DNA of 43,303 nucleotides, from assembly GCA_036518755.1 (NCBI GenBank), contig DATDMO010000364.1, forward strand, positions 1 to 43,303, written 5' to 3'. The translations under genes and the position numbers were made by a program. Position 1 is the first letter of the stretch. Each line of letters starts with the position of its first letter. The notes below the pieces were generated by a model. The model was not told the origin of the DNA and ran no database searches. It saw only the letters and a program-made list of their open reading frames with translations. Origin of the DNA: Candidatus Acidiferrales bacterium. Lineage in GTDB: Bacteria > Acidobacteriota > Terriglobia > Acidiferrales > UBA7541. Below, piece after piece: positions 17,206 through 27,348 of this stretch.

Positions 17206-18393
17206 TCAGAACAATTGAAATGCGACTTCGATAATCTGCCTCACGGCGGCGGGCCTTCCGTCAGGCCCGCGCGCAGGCGTAAGACGCCAGGTCCGCACCG
17301 CCTGAATGGCTTTTTCGTCAAGACCGAGACCGAGACCCTTCGCGACGTGAATATCAGTCACTCGGCCGTCCGCGGTGACGATCGCAATTAGCTCGACCAC
17401 ACCTTGCACCTTCACCTTCATGGCCTCATCGCTGTAATCGGCTCGCGGACAGTAGAGACATGCCGGAACGCCGTAGCCGCCCGTGCCCGCATTCGGCGCG
17501 CCGCCGCCAGTATTCCAGCCCTCTCCGGGCCCCACGCCCGCACCATTTCCGTTTCCCACGCCACTGCCGTGACCTTGGCCCATCGAATCGGTCAGGGACT
17601 TGCCAAGCGGGTCGCCCCAGTTAGGAAGATTCTGATTCGGCAATCTAATATCCGGATTGCCAACAACCGTTGGCGTCATCGCGATCTGTGGGTGCTCCAC
17701 GGGATGCACCATCGGTGCCGAGAATTGCGTCCATGAAAACTTGGGCAATTTCCCTCTAGCAGCCGGGGCCGTGTCGTGCGCGCCGCCACCGCCACCCGCG
17801 GCCTTGGCGGAGGGTTTGAGCTTCGCGAGATAAGGCGAGACGCTTACATCAACCGGCGGTTCAGGGTTGAAGGCTTTTGTGGTCGTGGTGATGATTCCCG
17901 GAAACAGCAGCGGAATGACCACCACCGCAGTGATTGCTACCGCGTGAACTAGGATTGAAACAATCTGCACGCGATTGAATTGTGTGTTCTTCGACCAGAT
18001 TTCCGGAACCGGAATGGGCTGGCTCGTGGTCTGCAGAGGGGGCAGTTTTCGGGGCGCGATCCAATCACGCATGTTTTGCCAAAGGCTGGGCTCCTCGTTC
18101 CAATCTACTAGCAGCGCGGATTTCACCTTTCCGCGAGGAGCAGCGCGGAAAAATTCCTGCAGGTTGGCGCTTATCCCGGTGCCAAACTTCGGCATGTCAA
18201 ACGCGGTCGGCGTACCGGGGCGAACCTTGGCGGGACGCTCGGTGAGAAAGTCTCGCAGGTTCGAAAACAGGCTCCTTAGGCTGGACTCATGAACCGGTGC
18301 AGGCAGGCGCCCCAAGTGCAGCCCGGGTTCGGTTGATCCGCTCACCGGGCGGTCCGCTTTGTCGAGTCTGGTGCTAAGATTGAGCGTTCGCAT
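17206..18393 (-). CDS. TonB family energy transducer with a long N-terminal region
   Basis: It has a single TM (VQIVSILVHAVAITAVVVIPLLF), a Gly/Pro-rich linker and a TonB C-terminal domain (YSDEAMKVKVQGVVELIAIVTADGRVTDIHVAKGLGLGLDEKAIQAVRTWRLTPA). Confidence 0.8.
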   Translation of the reverse strand: MRTLNLSTRLDKADRPVSGSTEPGLHLGRLPAPVHESSLRSLFSNLRDFLTERPAKVRPGTPTAFDMPKFGTGISANLQEFFRAAPRGKVKSALLVDWNEEPSLWQNMRDWIAPRKLPPLQTTSQPIPVPEIWSKNTQFNRVQIVSILVHAVAITAVVVIPLLFPGIITTTTKAFNPEPPVDVSVSPYLAKLKPSAKAAGGGGGAHDTAPAARGKLPKFSWTQFSAPMVHPVEHPQIAMTPTVVGNPDIRLPNQNLPNWGDPLGKSLTDSMGQGHGSGVGNGNGAGVGPGEGWNTGGGAPNAGTGGYGVPACLYCPRADYSDEAMKVKVQGVVELIAIVTADGRVTDIHVAKGLGLGLDEKAIQAVRTWRLTPARGPDGRPAAVRQIIEVAFQLF

Positions 18394-18613
18394 TACTTGG
18401 TTCCCATCCGCAGCGGTACCTCATGTTAGACGCACGGCTGCGCAAAAGGATGTCTGGCCCGGGGCGGCTGACACACCTCATAATTCATTGTAACATTACG
18501 TGGCGCGATGCCAAATTTCGGTTTCCGCCACGCAAGTTTGTAGCACAAGGTAGCATACCCCGGCCACACATTGAGGCCAGCCTTTCCAGAAAGGACTTAT
18601 CGAGCCCCGCAAG

Positions 18614-21505
18614 ATGGCGAAAACTGTGGACTTGAAGCGCACCCTGAATCTTCCAAAAACCGAGTTTCCCATGAAAGCGCAACTGCCGGAGCGTGAGCCC
18701 GAACAGCTTGCCGCGTGGGAACAAATGGGCCTGTACGCCCTGATTCTCGAACAGCGCGCTGGTTCGCCCCTGTTCGTCCTTCACGATGGCCCTCCCTATC
18801 CAACGGGTGAAATTCATCTCGGCACCGGACTCAACAAGATCGTAAAAGATATGATCGTTAAATCGAAAACCATGGCGGGCTTCCAGTCGCCCTACATCCC
18901 CGGCTGGGATTGCCACGGCCTGCCCATTGAGACGCAAGTGGAAAAGGAATTGGGAGGAAAGACAAGCAAAGTTTCCGCGGCCGAGTTTCGCAAGATGTGC
19001 CGGGAATTTGCAGCGCGTTACGTGGAGATCCACAAACGCGAATTTCGCCGCCTGGGCATCTTTGGTCAGTGGGACAAGCCCTATCTCACTATGGATCCCA
19101 GCATGGAAGCTTGTATCGCCGGGACCTTCATCGATTTCCTCGAGAAAGGCTACGTGTATCGCGGTCTGAAACCCGTCTATTGGTGCATTTGCGATCGTAC
19201 CGCGCTCGCGGAAGCGGAAGTGGAGTACGAAGACCACACCAGCCCTTCCGTTTGGGTGAAATTTCCGGTTGTGCCGGGACCGAAATCATCAGCACTCGGC
19301 AGCGACGTGAGCGCGCTGATTTGGACGACGACTCCTTGGACTCTTCCCGCGAATCGCGCTCTAGCGTTTCACCCGGATTTCGATTACACGGTCGCTGACA
19401 CTTCCGCCGGCAAGCTCTTGCTGGCGAAGGACCGCATCCCGGCGATATCTGATGAGTTGAAGCTCGAAATCGGGAACGTTCAAGGTTCATGGAAGGGCAG
19501 AGACCTAGAAGGGATTCAGTTCCAGCACCCTTTTCTTGATTTGCGGGTGCCCGCCGTCCTGGCGGATTACGTCACGCTCGATCAAGGGAGCGGCATTGTC
19601 CATACCGCCCCGGGACACGGCGCAGAGGATTTCCGCACGGGCCAAAAGTATGGCCTTGAAGCGTACGCCCCGCAGGACGATAACGGCCGCTTCACCGACG
19701 GTCTTCCCGAATATAAGGGCAAGACTGTGTGGGAGGCGAATCCAGTCATCATTGAGCTGCTGAGGAAACGCGGCATGCTCGTCGGCGAGCGCAAGCTTAC
19801 GCACAGCTATCCGCACTGCTGGCGCTGCCACAATCCGGTGATTTTCCGCGCTACCGAGCAATGGTTCATTTCGATGGACGAGCCGGTTGGGCCGCCCGAC
19901 CCGCGAATGATCTCAGTCACAGGTGATCAGTCCCGTAGTCTGAGGACGCGTGCGCTGTTCGAGGTTCAAAAAGTGAAATGGGTTCCCGCCTGGGGCGAGG
20001 CGCGAATGAGCAACATGATCACGGAACGGCCCGATTGGTGCATCTCGCGCCAGCGTTTTTGGGGAGTGCCGCTGATCGTCTTCACCTGTGACGCGTGTGG
20101 CAAGCAGCTCAGGGATTTTCAGGCGTTGCGGCACGTACTGCCGTTTTTCCAGCGCGAAGGCGCGGACGCGTGGTACAGCCACTCTCCCGAAGAGCTGCTT
20201 CCACCGGGAACAAAATGCTCCTGCGGCGCGGCGAAATGGCGCAAGGAAAACGACATCCTCGATGTGTGGTTCGACTCAGGCTCCACTCACCTCGCCGTGC
20301 TCAGCGAAAAGGAGGGAACGTGGCCCGCCGACGTGTACATGGAAGGTCCCGATCAATATCGCGGGTGGTTCCAAAGCTCGCTGCTAATCGGTGTGGGGAC
20401 GCGGGGACGAGCGCCATATAAGCAAGTGGTCACCCACGGCTGGACGCTCGACGAAAAAGGCGCGCCGATGTCGAAATCGCTCGGCAACGCCATGTATCCC
20501 AAAGAAATTTCGGATAAGTGGGGCGCCGACTTGCTGCGCGTGTGGGTCGCCTCCCAGGACTTCACGCAGGACGTCCGCCTTTCCGATGCAATGATGACGC
20601 AGCTTGCCGAAGCCTACCGCAAAATCCGCAATACTTTTCGTTTCGCACTATCGAATCTCTTCGATTTCGAGCCGGGGCGCGACATCGTGCACGACGCGGA
20701 CATGTGGGAGATGGACGCCTGGATGCTTCGCCGCACCGGCGCGCTTATCCGCCAATGCAACGAGTGGTACAAGGAATTCGAGTTTCATCGCGTCTATCAC
20801 GCGATCCAGGATTTCTGCACGGTCGATCTGAGCGCATTTTATTTCGACGTGCTCAAGGACCGCCTCTACACCTTCGCGCCAAATAACCGAGGGCGCCGCT
20901 CCGCGCAAACGGCGGTCTATCACATCTTGCGTGCGTTGGTCCGCCTGATCGCGCCCATCTTGGTTTTCACTTCCGAGGAAGTTTGGAAGCATCTGCCGCG
21001 CGGCGCTTCGCCTTCGCCGCAGCCGAGCGTGCACATGGCTTCGTTCCCCTCCCCCGAACCATTCGAAAAAGCGTTCGACGACGCCCGGTCAAAAGAATGG
21101 AATCGCTTGCTCGCCGTCCGCGAAGAAGTGTTGAAAACGCTTGAACCTCTGCGCGCCACAAAAACAATCTCTGCGGGCCTTGAAGCGCGAGTTACTCTCG
21201 CTGCTCACAGCGAACTGGCCGGAATATTGCGCAAGCACGCCGCTAGCCTTCCGGCTTTTTTCATCGTCTCGCAAGTTGAAATCGCCGCAGACAATGCGGA
21301 CATCGGCAAGCCGGCCGCCGGTGGCGATGACGGGCTGCGGATCCACGTCGAGCGCGCCCGTGGGAAGAAATGCTCGCGCTGCTGGAATTATTCGACGCAC
21401 GTAGGCGAAAGCGAAGATTATCCTGACTTCTGCGAGCGCTGCGTCGCCGCAATGAATGAAATTGAGCGCGAGGGAGGCAGCGTGGCTGGGAGTGCCTCTT
21501 CGTAA
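18614..21505 (+). CDS. ileS: isoleucine--tRNA ligase
   Basis: It has the LNLPKTEFPMKA N-terminus, a HIGH-type PTGEIHLGT motif, a KMSKS-type PMSKSLGN motif and C-terminal CSRCWNY...FCERC zinc-binding motifs. Confidence 0.95.
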   Translation: MAKTVDLKRTLNLPKTEFPMKAQLPEREPEQLAAWEQMGLYALILEQRAGSPLFVLHDGPPYPTGEIHLGTGLNKIVKDMIVKSKTMAGFQSPYIPGWDCHGLPIETQVEKELGGKTSKVSAAEFRKMCREFAARYVEIHKREFRRLGIFGQWDKPYLTMDPSMEACIAGTFIDFLEKGYVYRGLKPVYWCICDRTALAEAEVEYEDHTSPSVWVKFPVVPGPKSSALGSDVSALIWTTTPWTLPANRALAFHPDFDYTVADTSAGKLLLAKDRIPAISDELKLEIGNVQGSWKGRDLEGIQFQHPFLDLRVPAVLADYVTLDQGSGIVHTAPGHGAEDFRTGQKYGLEAYAPQDDNGRFTDGLPEYKGKTVWEANPVIIELLRKRGMLVGERKLTHSYPHCWRCHNPVIFRATEQWFISMDEPVGPPDPRMISVTGDQSRSLRTRALFEVQKVKWVPAWGEARMSNMITERPDWCISRQRFWGVPLIVFTCDACGKQLRDFQALRHVLPFFQREGADAWYSHSPEELLPPGTKCSCGAAKWRKENDILDVWFDSGSTHLAVLSEKEGTWPADVYMEGPDQYRGWFQSSLLIGVGTRGRAPYKQVVTHGWTLDEKGAPMSKSLGNAMYPKEISDKWGADLLRVWVASQDFTQDVRLSDAMMTQLAEAYRKIRNTFRFALSNLFDFEPGRDIVHDADMWEMDAWMLRRTGALIRQCNEWYKEFEFHRVYHAIQDFCTVDLSAFYFDVLKDRLYTFAPNNRGRRSAQTAVYHILRALVRLIAPILVFTSEEVWKHLPRGASPSPQPSVHMASFPSPEPFEKAFDDARSKEWNRLLAVREEVLKTLEPLRATKTISAGLEARVTLAAHSELAGILRKHAASLPAFFIVSQVEIAADNADIGKPAAGGDDGLRIHVERARGKKCSRCWNYSTHVGESEDYPDFCERCVAAMNEIEREGGSVAGSASS

Positions 21506-22011
21506 TGCCTTCCGCCTCACGCCCGGCATGGCTCCTAACCGTTCTAGCTGCAACCGTTCTAGTCCTGGACCAAGCGAGCAAATATGTCGTGGAGAACTTC
21601 ACTCAAGCGGGTTCGAGCCGCGTCTTGATTCCTGGTATGTTGAATCTGGTTCACACCAGCAATCCGGGTGTCGCATTCGGACTTTTGGCCGATTCCGAAA
21701 TGCCCTGGCGTGGGCCATTGCTTATCTTGTTTTCCGCCGCAGTGATCGGCCTAATCGGATGGCTCCTGGCCACTGGTCGGGCCGGAGGCAGGCTCGGGCA
21801 ATGCGGAATGGCGCTGATTCTCGGTGGCGCGGCGGGTAATGTTCTGGACCGGATCGCCCACCACAGCGTTACCGATTTCATCGATTGCTACGTCGGCAGC
21901 CACCACTGGTACACTTTCAACGTGGCTGACTCGGCGATTGTCATCGGCGCCGCCCTGGTCCTGCTCGAACTCCTTCGCGATTGGCGGCATCCCAGCCAGG
22001 AACGGGCCTAG
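21505..22011 (+). CDS. lspA: lipoprotein signal peptidase II
   Basis: A 168-aa membrane protein with NPGVAFGL and FNVADSAIVIG motifs. A TAATG overlap with the ileS stop fits the conserved ileS-lspA linkage. Confidence 0.9.
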   Translation: MPSASRPAWLLTVLAATVLVLDQASKYVVENFTQAGSSRVLIPGMLNLVHTSNPGVAFGLLADSEMPWRGPLLILFSAAVIGLIGWLLATGRAGGRLGQCGMALILGGAAGNVLDRIAHHSVTDFIDCYVGSHHWYTFNVADSAIVIGAALVLLELLRDWRHPSQERA

Positions 22012-22013
22012 CA

Positions 22014-22841
22014 ATGCATCCTGTCCTTTTTCAGATCGGCTCCGTCACGATCTACACGTACGGGGTGCTTGCCGCAGCTGGATTTCTGGTTGGACTCTGG
22101 CTCGCCTACCGGCAAGCTCCGCGAGCCGGTTTGAATCCGCATGGCGTCTGGAGTCTCGGAGTCTACGGAATCCTTGCGGCCCTGCTGATGTCGAAAATGT
22201 GGCTGATCTTCAGCGCGTGGGACTACTACATCGCACATCCCAGCGAGATTTTCAGCATGGCGACTTTTCAATCAGCCGGTACGTTTTATGGCGGCGTCCT
22301 CGGCGGAATTATCTGGGTCGTCCTGTACACGCGCTTTCAGAAAATGGCGCTTCTCGCCGTGCTGGATGTCCTCGCCGCTCCCATTGCGCTCGGACACGCG
22401 ATTGGCCGCATCGGATGCTTCGTCGCCGGCTGCTGCTACGGCAAACCGACGTCGCTCCCGTGGGGCGTCACTTTCACTAGCCCCATCGCGGAAACAATTG
22501 CCGGGACGCCCCTGCGCGTTTCACTGCATCCCACACAGCTCTACGAAGCTGGCGCCGAATTCTTGAACTTTTTTCTTCTTATCTGGCTAGGCGCCAGGCG
22601 GCGATTCACCGGGCAGTTGATTGGCGCATATTTTGTCCTGTACGGAAGCGAACGCGGCGCCATTGAGTTTCTTCGTGGCGACCCAGGCCGTACGATGATG
22701 TTCCACAATTCGGTATCGCTGATGCAGATTGTGAGCGCCGGACTGATTATCGCCGGCGCTTCGCTTTGGTGGCGCGGCCTGCGTCGTGCTGATTCGATCG
22801 CGCGGGCACCCGCGCCGCGCGCGATGGCGAGCCGTTCCTAG
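22014..22841 (+). CDS. lgt: prolipoprotein diacylglyceryl transferase
   Basis: MHPVLFQIGSVTIYTYGVLAAAGFLVG... and GRIGCFVAGCCYGKPT are Lgt-like. I take the start at ATG 22014 rather than the ORF-track 21981, which overlaps lspA. Confidence 0.9.
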   Translation: MHPVLFQIGSVTIYTYGVLAAAGFLVGLWLAYRQAPRAGLNPHGVWSLGVYGILAALLMSKMWLIFSAWDYYIAHPSEIFSMATFQSAGTFYGGVLGGIIWVVLYTRFQKMALLAVLDVLAAPIALGHAIGRIGCFVAGCCYGKPTSLPWGVTFTSPIAETIAGTPLRVSLHPTQLYEAGAEFLNFFLLIWLGARRRFTGQLIGAYFVLYGSERGAIEFLRGDPGRTMMFHNSVSLMQIVSAGLIIAGASLWWRGLRRADSIARAPAPRAMASRS

Positions 22842-22871
22842 CATGATCGTTGGACGTGATGAAGCAACAGC

Positions 22872-23879
22872 ATGCCCTTAAGCCGCTCTGGCGAACGCCT
22901 CAAATTTATCGTACCGCCTGACTGCTCGGGCCATCGCCTTGACCGTTTCCTGGTCTCGCGGCTTCCCGCCCTGAGTCGCTCCCAGATCAAATCGCTGATC
23001 GACGAGGGCCGCGTGCTCGTGGACGGCAACGCACTCAAAGCCTCGCATCACGTCGCATCGGGCGAGACGGTGGACGTCGAAATTCCTCCGACGCCGGCTG
23101 CACGGGTTGAAGCCGAGCCTATCCCACTCGATATCCTTTGCGAAGACGAAGACGTCGCAGTCATCAACAAACCGGCCGGAATGATTGTGCATCCGGGGGC
23201 CGGCGCAGATGCCGGCACGCTGGTCGCCGCGCTTCTAAATCGTTTCGGTGAGGCTGGACTCTCAACCGTCGGCGGACCGTTGCGCCCCGGCATCGTCCAC
23301 CGCCTCGACAAAGATACTTCCGGCGCAATCCTGGTTGCGCGCACCAACGAAGCTCACCGGAAACTAGTGGACGATTTTCGCGAGCGCCGAATCGACAAGA
23401 CCTATCTCGCGCTACTCCACGGGAGCATCAAGGGCCGGTCAGGTTCTGTGGAACTGGCCATCGCCCGCGACCTGCGCCGCCGTTCGCGGATGACCGCCCG
23501 CCGCCGCGAGGGCCGTGAGGCTCGGACCGATTGGCGCATCCTGCTCCGGCTCAAGAACTACACCTTGATCGAGGCGGGCCTGCACACCGGCAGAACCCAT
23601 CAGATTCGCGTTCACTTTTCCGCGCTTTCATGTCCGGTTGTGGGCGATACGCTTTACGGTGCCCCCCGCCAGGAACGCGCCGGCTCTGTCCTGCTCCCGC
23701 CGCTGAACCGCAATTTTCTCCATGCCGCCCACATCGCCTTCGCTCATCCACGAACAGGTCGGCAAATCGAGGTCCGTGCGCCGCTGCCACCCCAACTCGT
23801 GGACTATCTCGCCGCCCTCGCTCATGCGGTCCAAGTCGATGCGAGTTCGGTTGACGCTACCATACGCGAGTTCCTATAA
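22872..23879 (+). CDS. rluD: RluA-family 23S rRNA pseudouridine synthase (RluD-like, N-terminal S4 domain)
   Basis: An S4-like N-terminus (RLDRFLVSRLPALSRSQIKSLIDEGRVLVDG) is followed by the catalytic HRLDKDTSG motif. Confidence 0.85.
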   Translation: MPLSRSGERLKFIVPPDCSGHRLDRFLVSRLPALSRSQIKSLIDEGRVLVDGNALKASHHVASGETVDVEIPPTPAARVEAEPIPLDILCEDEDVAVINKPAGMIVHPGAGADAGTLVAALLNRFGEAGLSTVGGPLRPGIVHRLDKDTSGAILVARTNEAHRKLVDDFRERRIDKTYLALLHGSIKGRSGSVELAIARDLRRRSRMTARRREGREARTDWRILLRLKNYTLIEAGLHTGRTHQIRVHFSALSCPVVGDTLYGAPRQERAGSVLLPPLNRNFLHAAHIAFAHPRTGRQIEVRAPLPPQLVDYLAALAHAVQVDASSVDATIREFL

Positions 23880-23887
23880 TCCTTTCC

Positions 23888-24976
23888 GTGAAGTGCGGTT
23901 TGACGAATCTTCCTAGCCGTCTCCGGGTAGCAGTGCTTCTGCTGCTCGTCGGATTCGCAGTCTCTGGCATATGCGCCCATCCGCAACAGCCTCTGCAGGC
24001 GCCAGCGAGGCCGGCCGCTTACCCTCCTCAACGCGCCCCAGCCACGCAAAATCCGCAACCGGACGCGCGCCCTCAGCAGCCGCCTATCGTCAGCACCACC
24101 GGCCTTGTCCACCTCGTTGTCACGGTTGTAGACCGTCATCACGATTTCATCACCGATCTCGACAAAACCGATTTCAGGGTTCTCGATAACGGCACTCCGC
24201 AAGTCATTCGTTTTTTCGGCCGCGAAACCGATTTGCCGCTGCGCATCGCGTTGTTGCTCGATACGTCCAACAGCATCCGCCCGCGCCTGAAATTTGAAAA
24301 AGATGCCGCGATAGACTTCCTCGACAAGGTAATCCGCCGCGAGAAAGATCTCGCCTTCCTAATGACTTTCGATAACGAGCCGCAGGTGATTCAGGATTAC
24401 ACGTCCAGCGTCGATCTGCTTACCTCGGCCATTCAGCAACAGCGCGCCGGAGGTGGCACGGCTCTGAATGACGCCATCTATATGGCGGCACAGAAGCTGG
24501 CGCATCCCCCCGTTCCCGTGGGGCCGGAAACAGAGGTACGCCGGGTCATCGTTGTGATCAGCGATGGTGACGACAACCTCAGCGATCGTGCACTTAGCGA
24601 CGCAATCGATGCTTCCATTCGTTCTGAAGTCGCTGTCTTCACGGTCAGCACCAGCACCGACTGGCTGGCGATCGACGACGCGAGCCGCCCTAGCAAATAT
24701 CACATCGAAGGGGGCGATAAAGTTTTGCAGGAATTTGCCGACCAAACGGGAGGCCATGCGTTCTTCCCCTACCGCGTAGACGACCTCGCTCAGTCCTTTC
24801 TCGACATCGGAACCGAACTGCGCAGCCAGTATTTCATCGCCTACGCTCCTGCCAATCCGCCTCCCGCCGGCGTATACCGCAAAATCCAAGTCGAGACGGA
24901 TCGCAAGGGCCTCACCGTCCGCACACGCAAGGGCTACTACGCCGCAATGCCTTCCGGAGCGCCCGGCGCTCAGTAG
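23888..24976 (+). CDS. secreted VWA domain protein (VWFA-related acidobacterial-domain type), paralogue 1
   Basis: It has a signal/anchor, a Pro/Gln-rich linker, LTDLDKTDFRVLDNGTPQVI, MIDAS DTSNS, SDGDDN and the C-terminal YRKIQVETDRKGLTVRTRKGYYA signature. GTG start. Confidence 0.8.
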   Translation: MKCGLTNLPSRLRVAVLLLLVGFAVSGICAHPQQPLQAPARPAAYPPQRAPATQNPQPDARPQQPPIVSTTGLVHLVVTVVDRHHDFITDLDKTDFRVLDNGTPQVIRFFGRETDLPLRIALLLDTSNSIRPRLKFEKDAAIDFLDKVIRREKDLAFLMTFDNEPQVIQDYTSSVDLLTSAIQQQRAGGGTALNDAIYMAAQKLAHPPVPVGPETEVRRVIVVISDGDDNLSDRALSDAIDASIRSEVAVFTVSTSTDWLAIDDASRPSKYHIEGGDKVLQEFADQTGGHAFFPYRVDDLAQSFLDIGTELRSQYFIAYAPANPPPAGVYRKIQVETDRKGLTVRTRKGYYAAMPSGAPGAQ

Positions 24977-25006
24977 CCGAACCAGTGGCCGGGGAGGCCA
25001 CACCTC

Positions 25007-26092
25007 ATGAGAACTTGGCTGCGAGTTACGCTGATGATTGCGATCTGTGCGGCTCTTGGGGGCCGGGCGCTCCTCGCACAGCAAGCGGCGCCGCAGGAAG
25101 GCGACTACATCGCCAGGAATTTCGTGTTCCGCTCCGGAGAAACGCTCCCCGAGCTCCGCCTGCATTACACCACACTCGGAAAGCCGGTGCGCAACGCACA
25201 GGGACGCGTAACCAACGCGGTCTTGATCCTGCATGGGACCGGCGGCACCGGACGAGGATTCTTACAGCCGATCTATGCGGGCGAGCTATTCGGACCCGGG
25301 CAGCTTCTGGATACGGACAAGTATTTCATCGTCCTTCCTGACAGCATTGGTCATGGCAAGTCCTCCAAGCCAAGCGACGGGCTCCACGCGCATTTTCCGC
25401 ATTACGACTACGACGATATGGTTGCCGCGCAGTACCTCCTTTTAACAAAAGGGCTGCACGTAAACCATCTGCGTCTGGTGACCGGGACTTCGATGGGGTG
25501 CATGCATTCGTTTGTATGGGGCGAGACGTACCCGGACTTCATGGATGCGCTGATGCCTCTGGCGTGCCTGCCGGTGCAGATTGCCGGCAGGAACCGTTTG
25601 TGGCGGAAGATGGTCATGGAGGCGATCCAAAGCGATCCTGAGTGGAAGGGCGGCGAATACACGAACGAGCCGCAACAGGCTCTGCGAAGTTGGATCGATA
25701 TTCTGACCATTGCGGGAAGCGCGCCGCTGCAGATGCAGAAAACGCTGCCCACGCGAGATGCCGCTGATGAATACCTGCAGAAAGCCTACGAGACGCGGGT
25801 GAAAGACCTCGATGCAAACGACGTTTTGTACCAATTGGATGCCTCGCGGGACTACGATCCTTCGGACAACTTGGAAAAAATCGAGGCGCCGGTGATGTGG
25901 GTCAATTCGGCGGACGACTTCATCAACCCGCCGGAATTGGGAATCGCGGAAAGCGAAGTGAAGCGAATCAAGAGCGCGAAATTTGTGCTACTCCCGATCA
26001 GCTACCAGACTTACGGTCACGGAACGCACACGCACGCGGCTGCGTGGAAGCAATATCTGGCGGAACTGCTGGAAGAGTCGGCGCGGAATTAG
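25007..26092 (+). CDS. secreted alpha/beta-fold hydrolase (homoserine O-acetyltransferase-like subfamily)
   Basis: It has a signal peptide (MRTWLRVTLMIAICAALGGRALLAQQ), a nucleophile elbow GTSMG, an HGTGG oxyanion-like region and a C-terminal HGTH. Confidence 0.75.
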   Translation: MRTWLRVTLMIAICAALGGRALLAQQAAPQEGDYIARNFVFRSGETLPELRLHYTTLGKPVRNAQGRVTNAVLILHGTGGTGRGFLQPIYAGELFGPGQLLDTDKYFIVLPDSIGHGKSSKPSDGLHAHFPHYDYDDMVAAQYLLLTKGLHVNHLRLVTGTSMGCMHSFVWGETYPDFMDALMPLACLPVQIAGRNRLWRKMVMEAIQSDPEWKGGEYTNEPQQALRSWIDILTIAGSAPLQMQKTLPTRDAADEYLQKAYETRVKDLDANDVLYQLDASRDYDPSDNLEKIEAPVMWVNSADDFINPPELGIAESEVKRIKSAKFVLLPISYQTYGHGTHTHAAAWKQYLAELLEESARN

Positions 26093-26141
26093 CATTTGAA
26101 ATGCGCAGCCATGGCCTTCAGCGGGCGACTCGGCACCTGCC

Positions 26142-27212
26142 CTATCTGGATGGTGCGTAGTAGCCCTTGCGGGCCAGAATCTTCAGGTCGGCACGATCCA
26201 CGTCCACGCGTATCTTTCGAAACGTGCCGTCATGCTTTGTGTTCGTCGGATAGTAGCCGATCACGTACTGCGACCGCAGTTCCTCCGCGATCGTATCGAA
26301 GGCCTTCTCGAGTCCCCTGTCATTGCGCACGTTGATCACGCGTCCTCCCGTCTCGTGCGCCATCTTTGAGGCCACACCAGGCCCGTATCCTTCCGAAGCG
26401 CTCGGATCGATTATCAAGATGAAATGGAGGACCGCGTCGGCACGCTGTGCGGATTCGATCGCATCGTTTTCGCTCAACTTGCTTCCGGTGTCCTCGGCAT
26501 CTGTCAGCAGGATGATGGCTTTGCGTCCCGCTTCCGAAGCTAGTTCATCGTGCGCCGCCAGATAAACCGCGTCATAAAGATTCGTGCCGCCCCCGCGCGA
26601 AGGCACGGTACCCCCGGTCCCGCCGATGCCGGATGCATCCACATTGATTTCCGCGCGCCGGATAGCGTGCTGGAGCACTCCCGGATCCTCGCTGAAGTCC
26701 GCTAGCAGGTTCACGTCGGTATCAAAGCTCATGACGACTGCTTCGTCTTTCTTATGCATCACCTCCTGGACGAAGTTCGAAGCCGCTTCCTTTTCGGCGC
26801 TCAGGATTTCCTGCATGCTCCCGCTGGTATCCATCATGATTGCGAGCGAGAGCGGCAGGTCTACTTCTTTCGTGAAATAAGAGATTTTCTGCTCCGTTCC
26901 ATCCTCAAATACTTTGAAATCGTTCTTCGTCAGGTCGGAGACGATTCCGTTGTGCCGGTCGCGAACCGTTGTGAACACATTCACGACCGTCGTTTGCACT
27001 TGGAGCGGAGCGGACGATTGCGGGGGTTCCTGCTGCCGGGGAGTTTGTGATTCTTGGCTCGGCCGGGAGCGGTCGATCAGCGGTCCTCGCGGGCTTGACT
27101 CTTGGAACGCACCGCGGTCCATCGCGGACGCTCGCGACGCGATCGGTCTCGCCAGCGGATAGGCGCTGGCTGCCAAAACCAGAATACCCGCCGCGATGCC
27201 GGTCAGGCGCAT
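26142..27212 (-). CDS. secreted VWA domain protein (VWFA-related acidobacterial-domain type), paralogue 2
   Basis: The start at ATG 27212 (MRLTGIAAGILVLAAS) has GGAGGA 9 nt upstream. It has MIDAS DTSGS, LTKNDFKVFEDGTEQKI and the C-terminal FRKIRVDVDRADLKILARKGYYAP. Confidence 0.8.
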   Translation of the reverse strand: MRLTGIAAGILVLAASAYPLARPIASRASAMDRGAFQESSPRGPLIDRSRPSQESQTPRQQEPPQSSAPLQVQTTVVNVFTTVRDRHNGIVSDLTKNDFKVFEDGTEQKISYFTKEVDLPLSLAIMMDTSGSMQEILSAEKEAASNFVQEVMHKKDEAVVMSFDTDVNLLADFSEDPGVLQHAIRRAEINVDASGIGGTGGTVPSRGGGTNLYDAVYLAAHDELASEAGRKAIILLTDAEDTGSKLSENDAIESAQRADAVLHFILIIDPSASEGYGPGVASKMAHETGGRVINVRNDRGLEKAFDTIAEELRSQYVIGYYPTNTKHDGTFRKIRVDVDRADLKILARKGYYAPSR

Positions 27213-27348
27213 TGTATAATTCCTCCGGAGTAGGGAATAGATTGATACGATGCGCCGTACGCGTTTACGGATGTTCCGACCCAAGCCAACGCACCCAGGT
27301 CCCCGGCGAACTCTCGCGGTCTAGACTGCGGAGAAACGAGACGCAAAG

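Noticed and set aside
21607-21621. tRNA T-arm-like GCGG-GTTCGAG-CCGC
   Set aside because: It lies inside the lspA coding sequence, and no cloverleaf context can be found. It is a chance match.
24359-25234. 291-aa minus-strand ORF antisense to VWA paralogue 1 and the alpha/beta hydrolase
   Set aside because: The plus-strand genes have recognisable domains, signal peptides and motifs. The antisense ORF spans their intergenic gap and has shadow-ORF composition. The same reasoning applies to 27691..28404 (-), 18485..19237 (-), 14438..15088 (-), 39435..40088 (-), 3442..4263 (+), 36124..36909 (+) and 36857..37621 (+).
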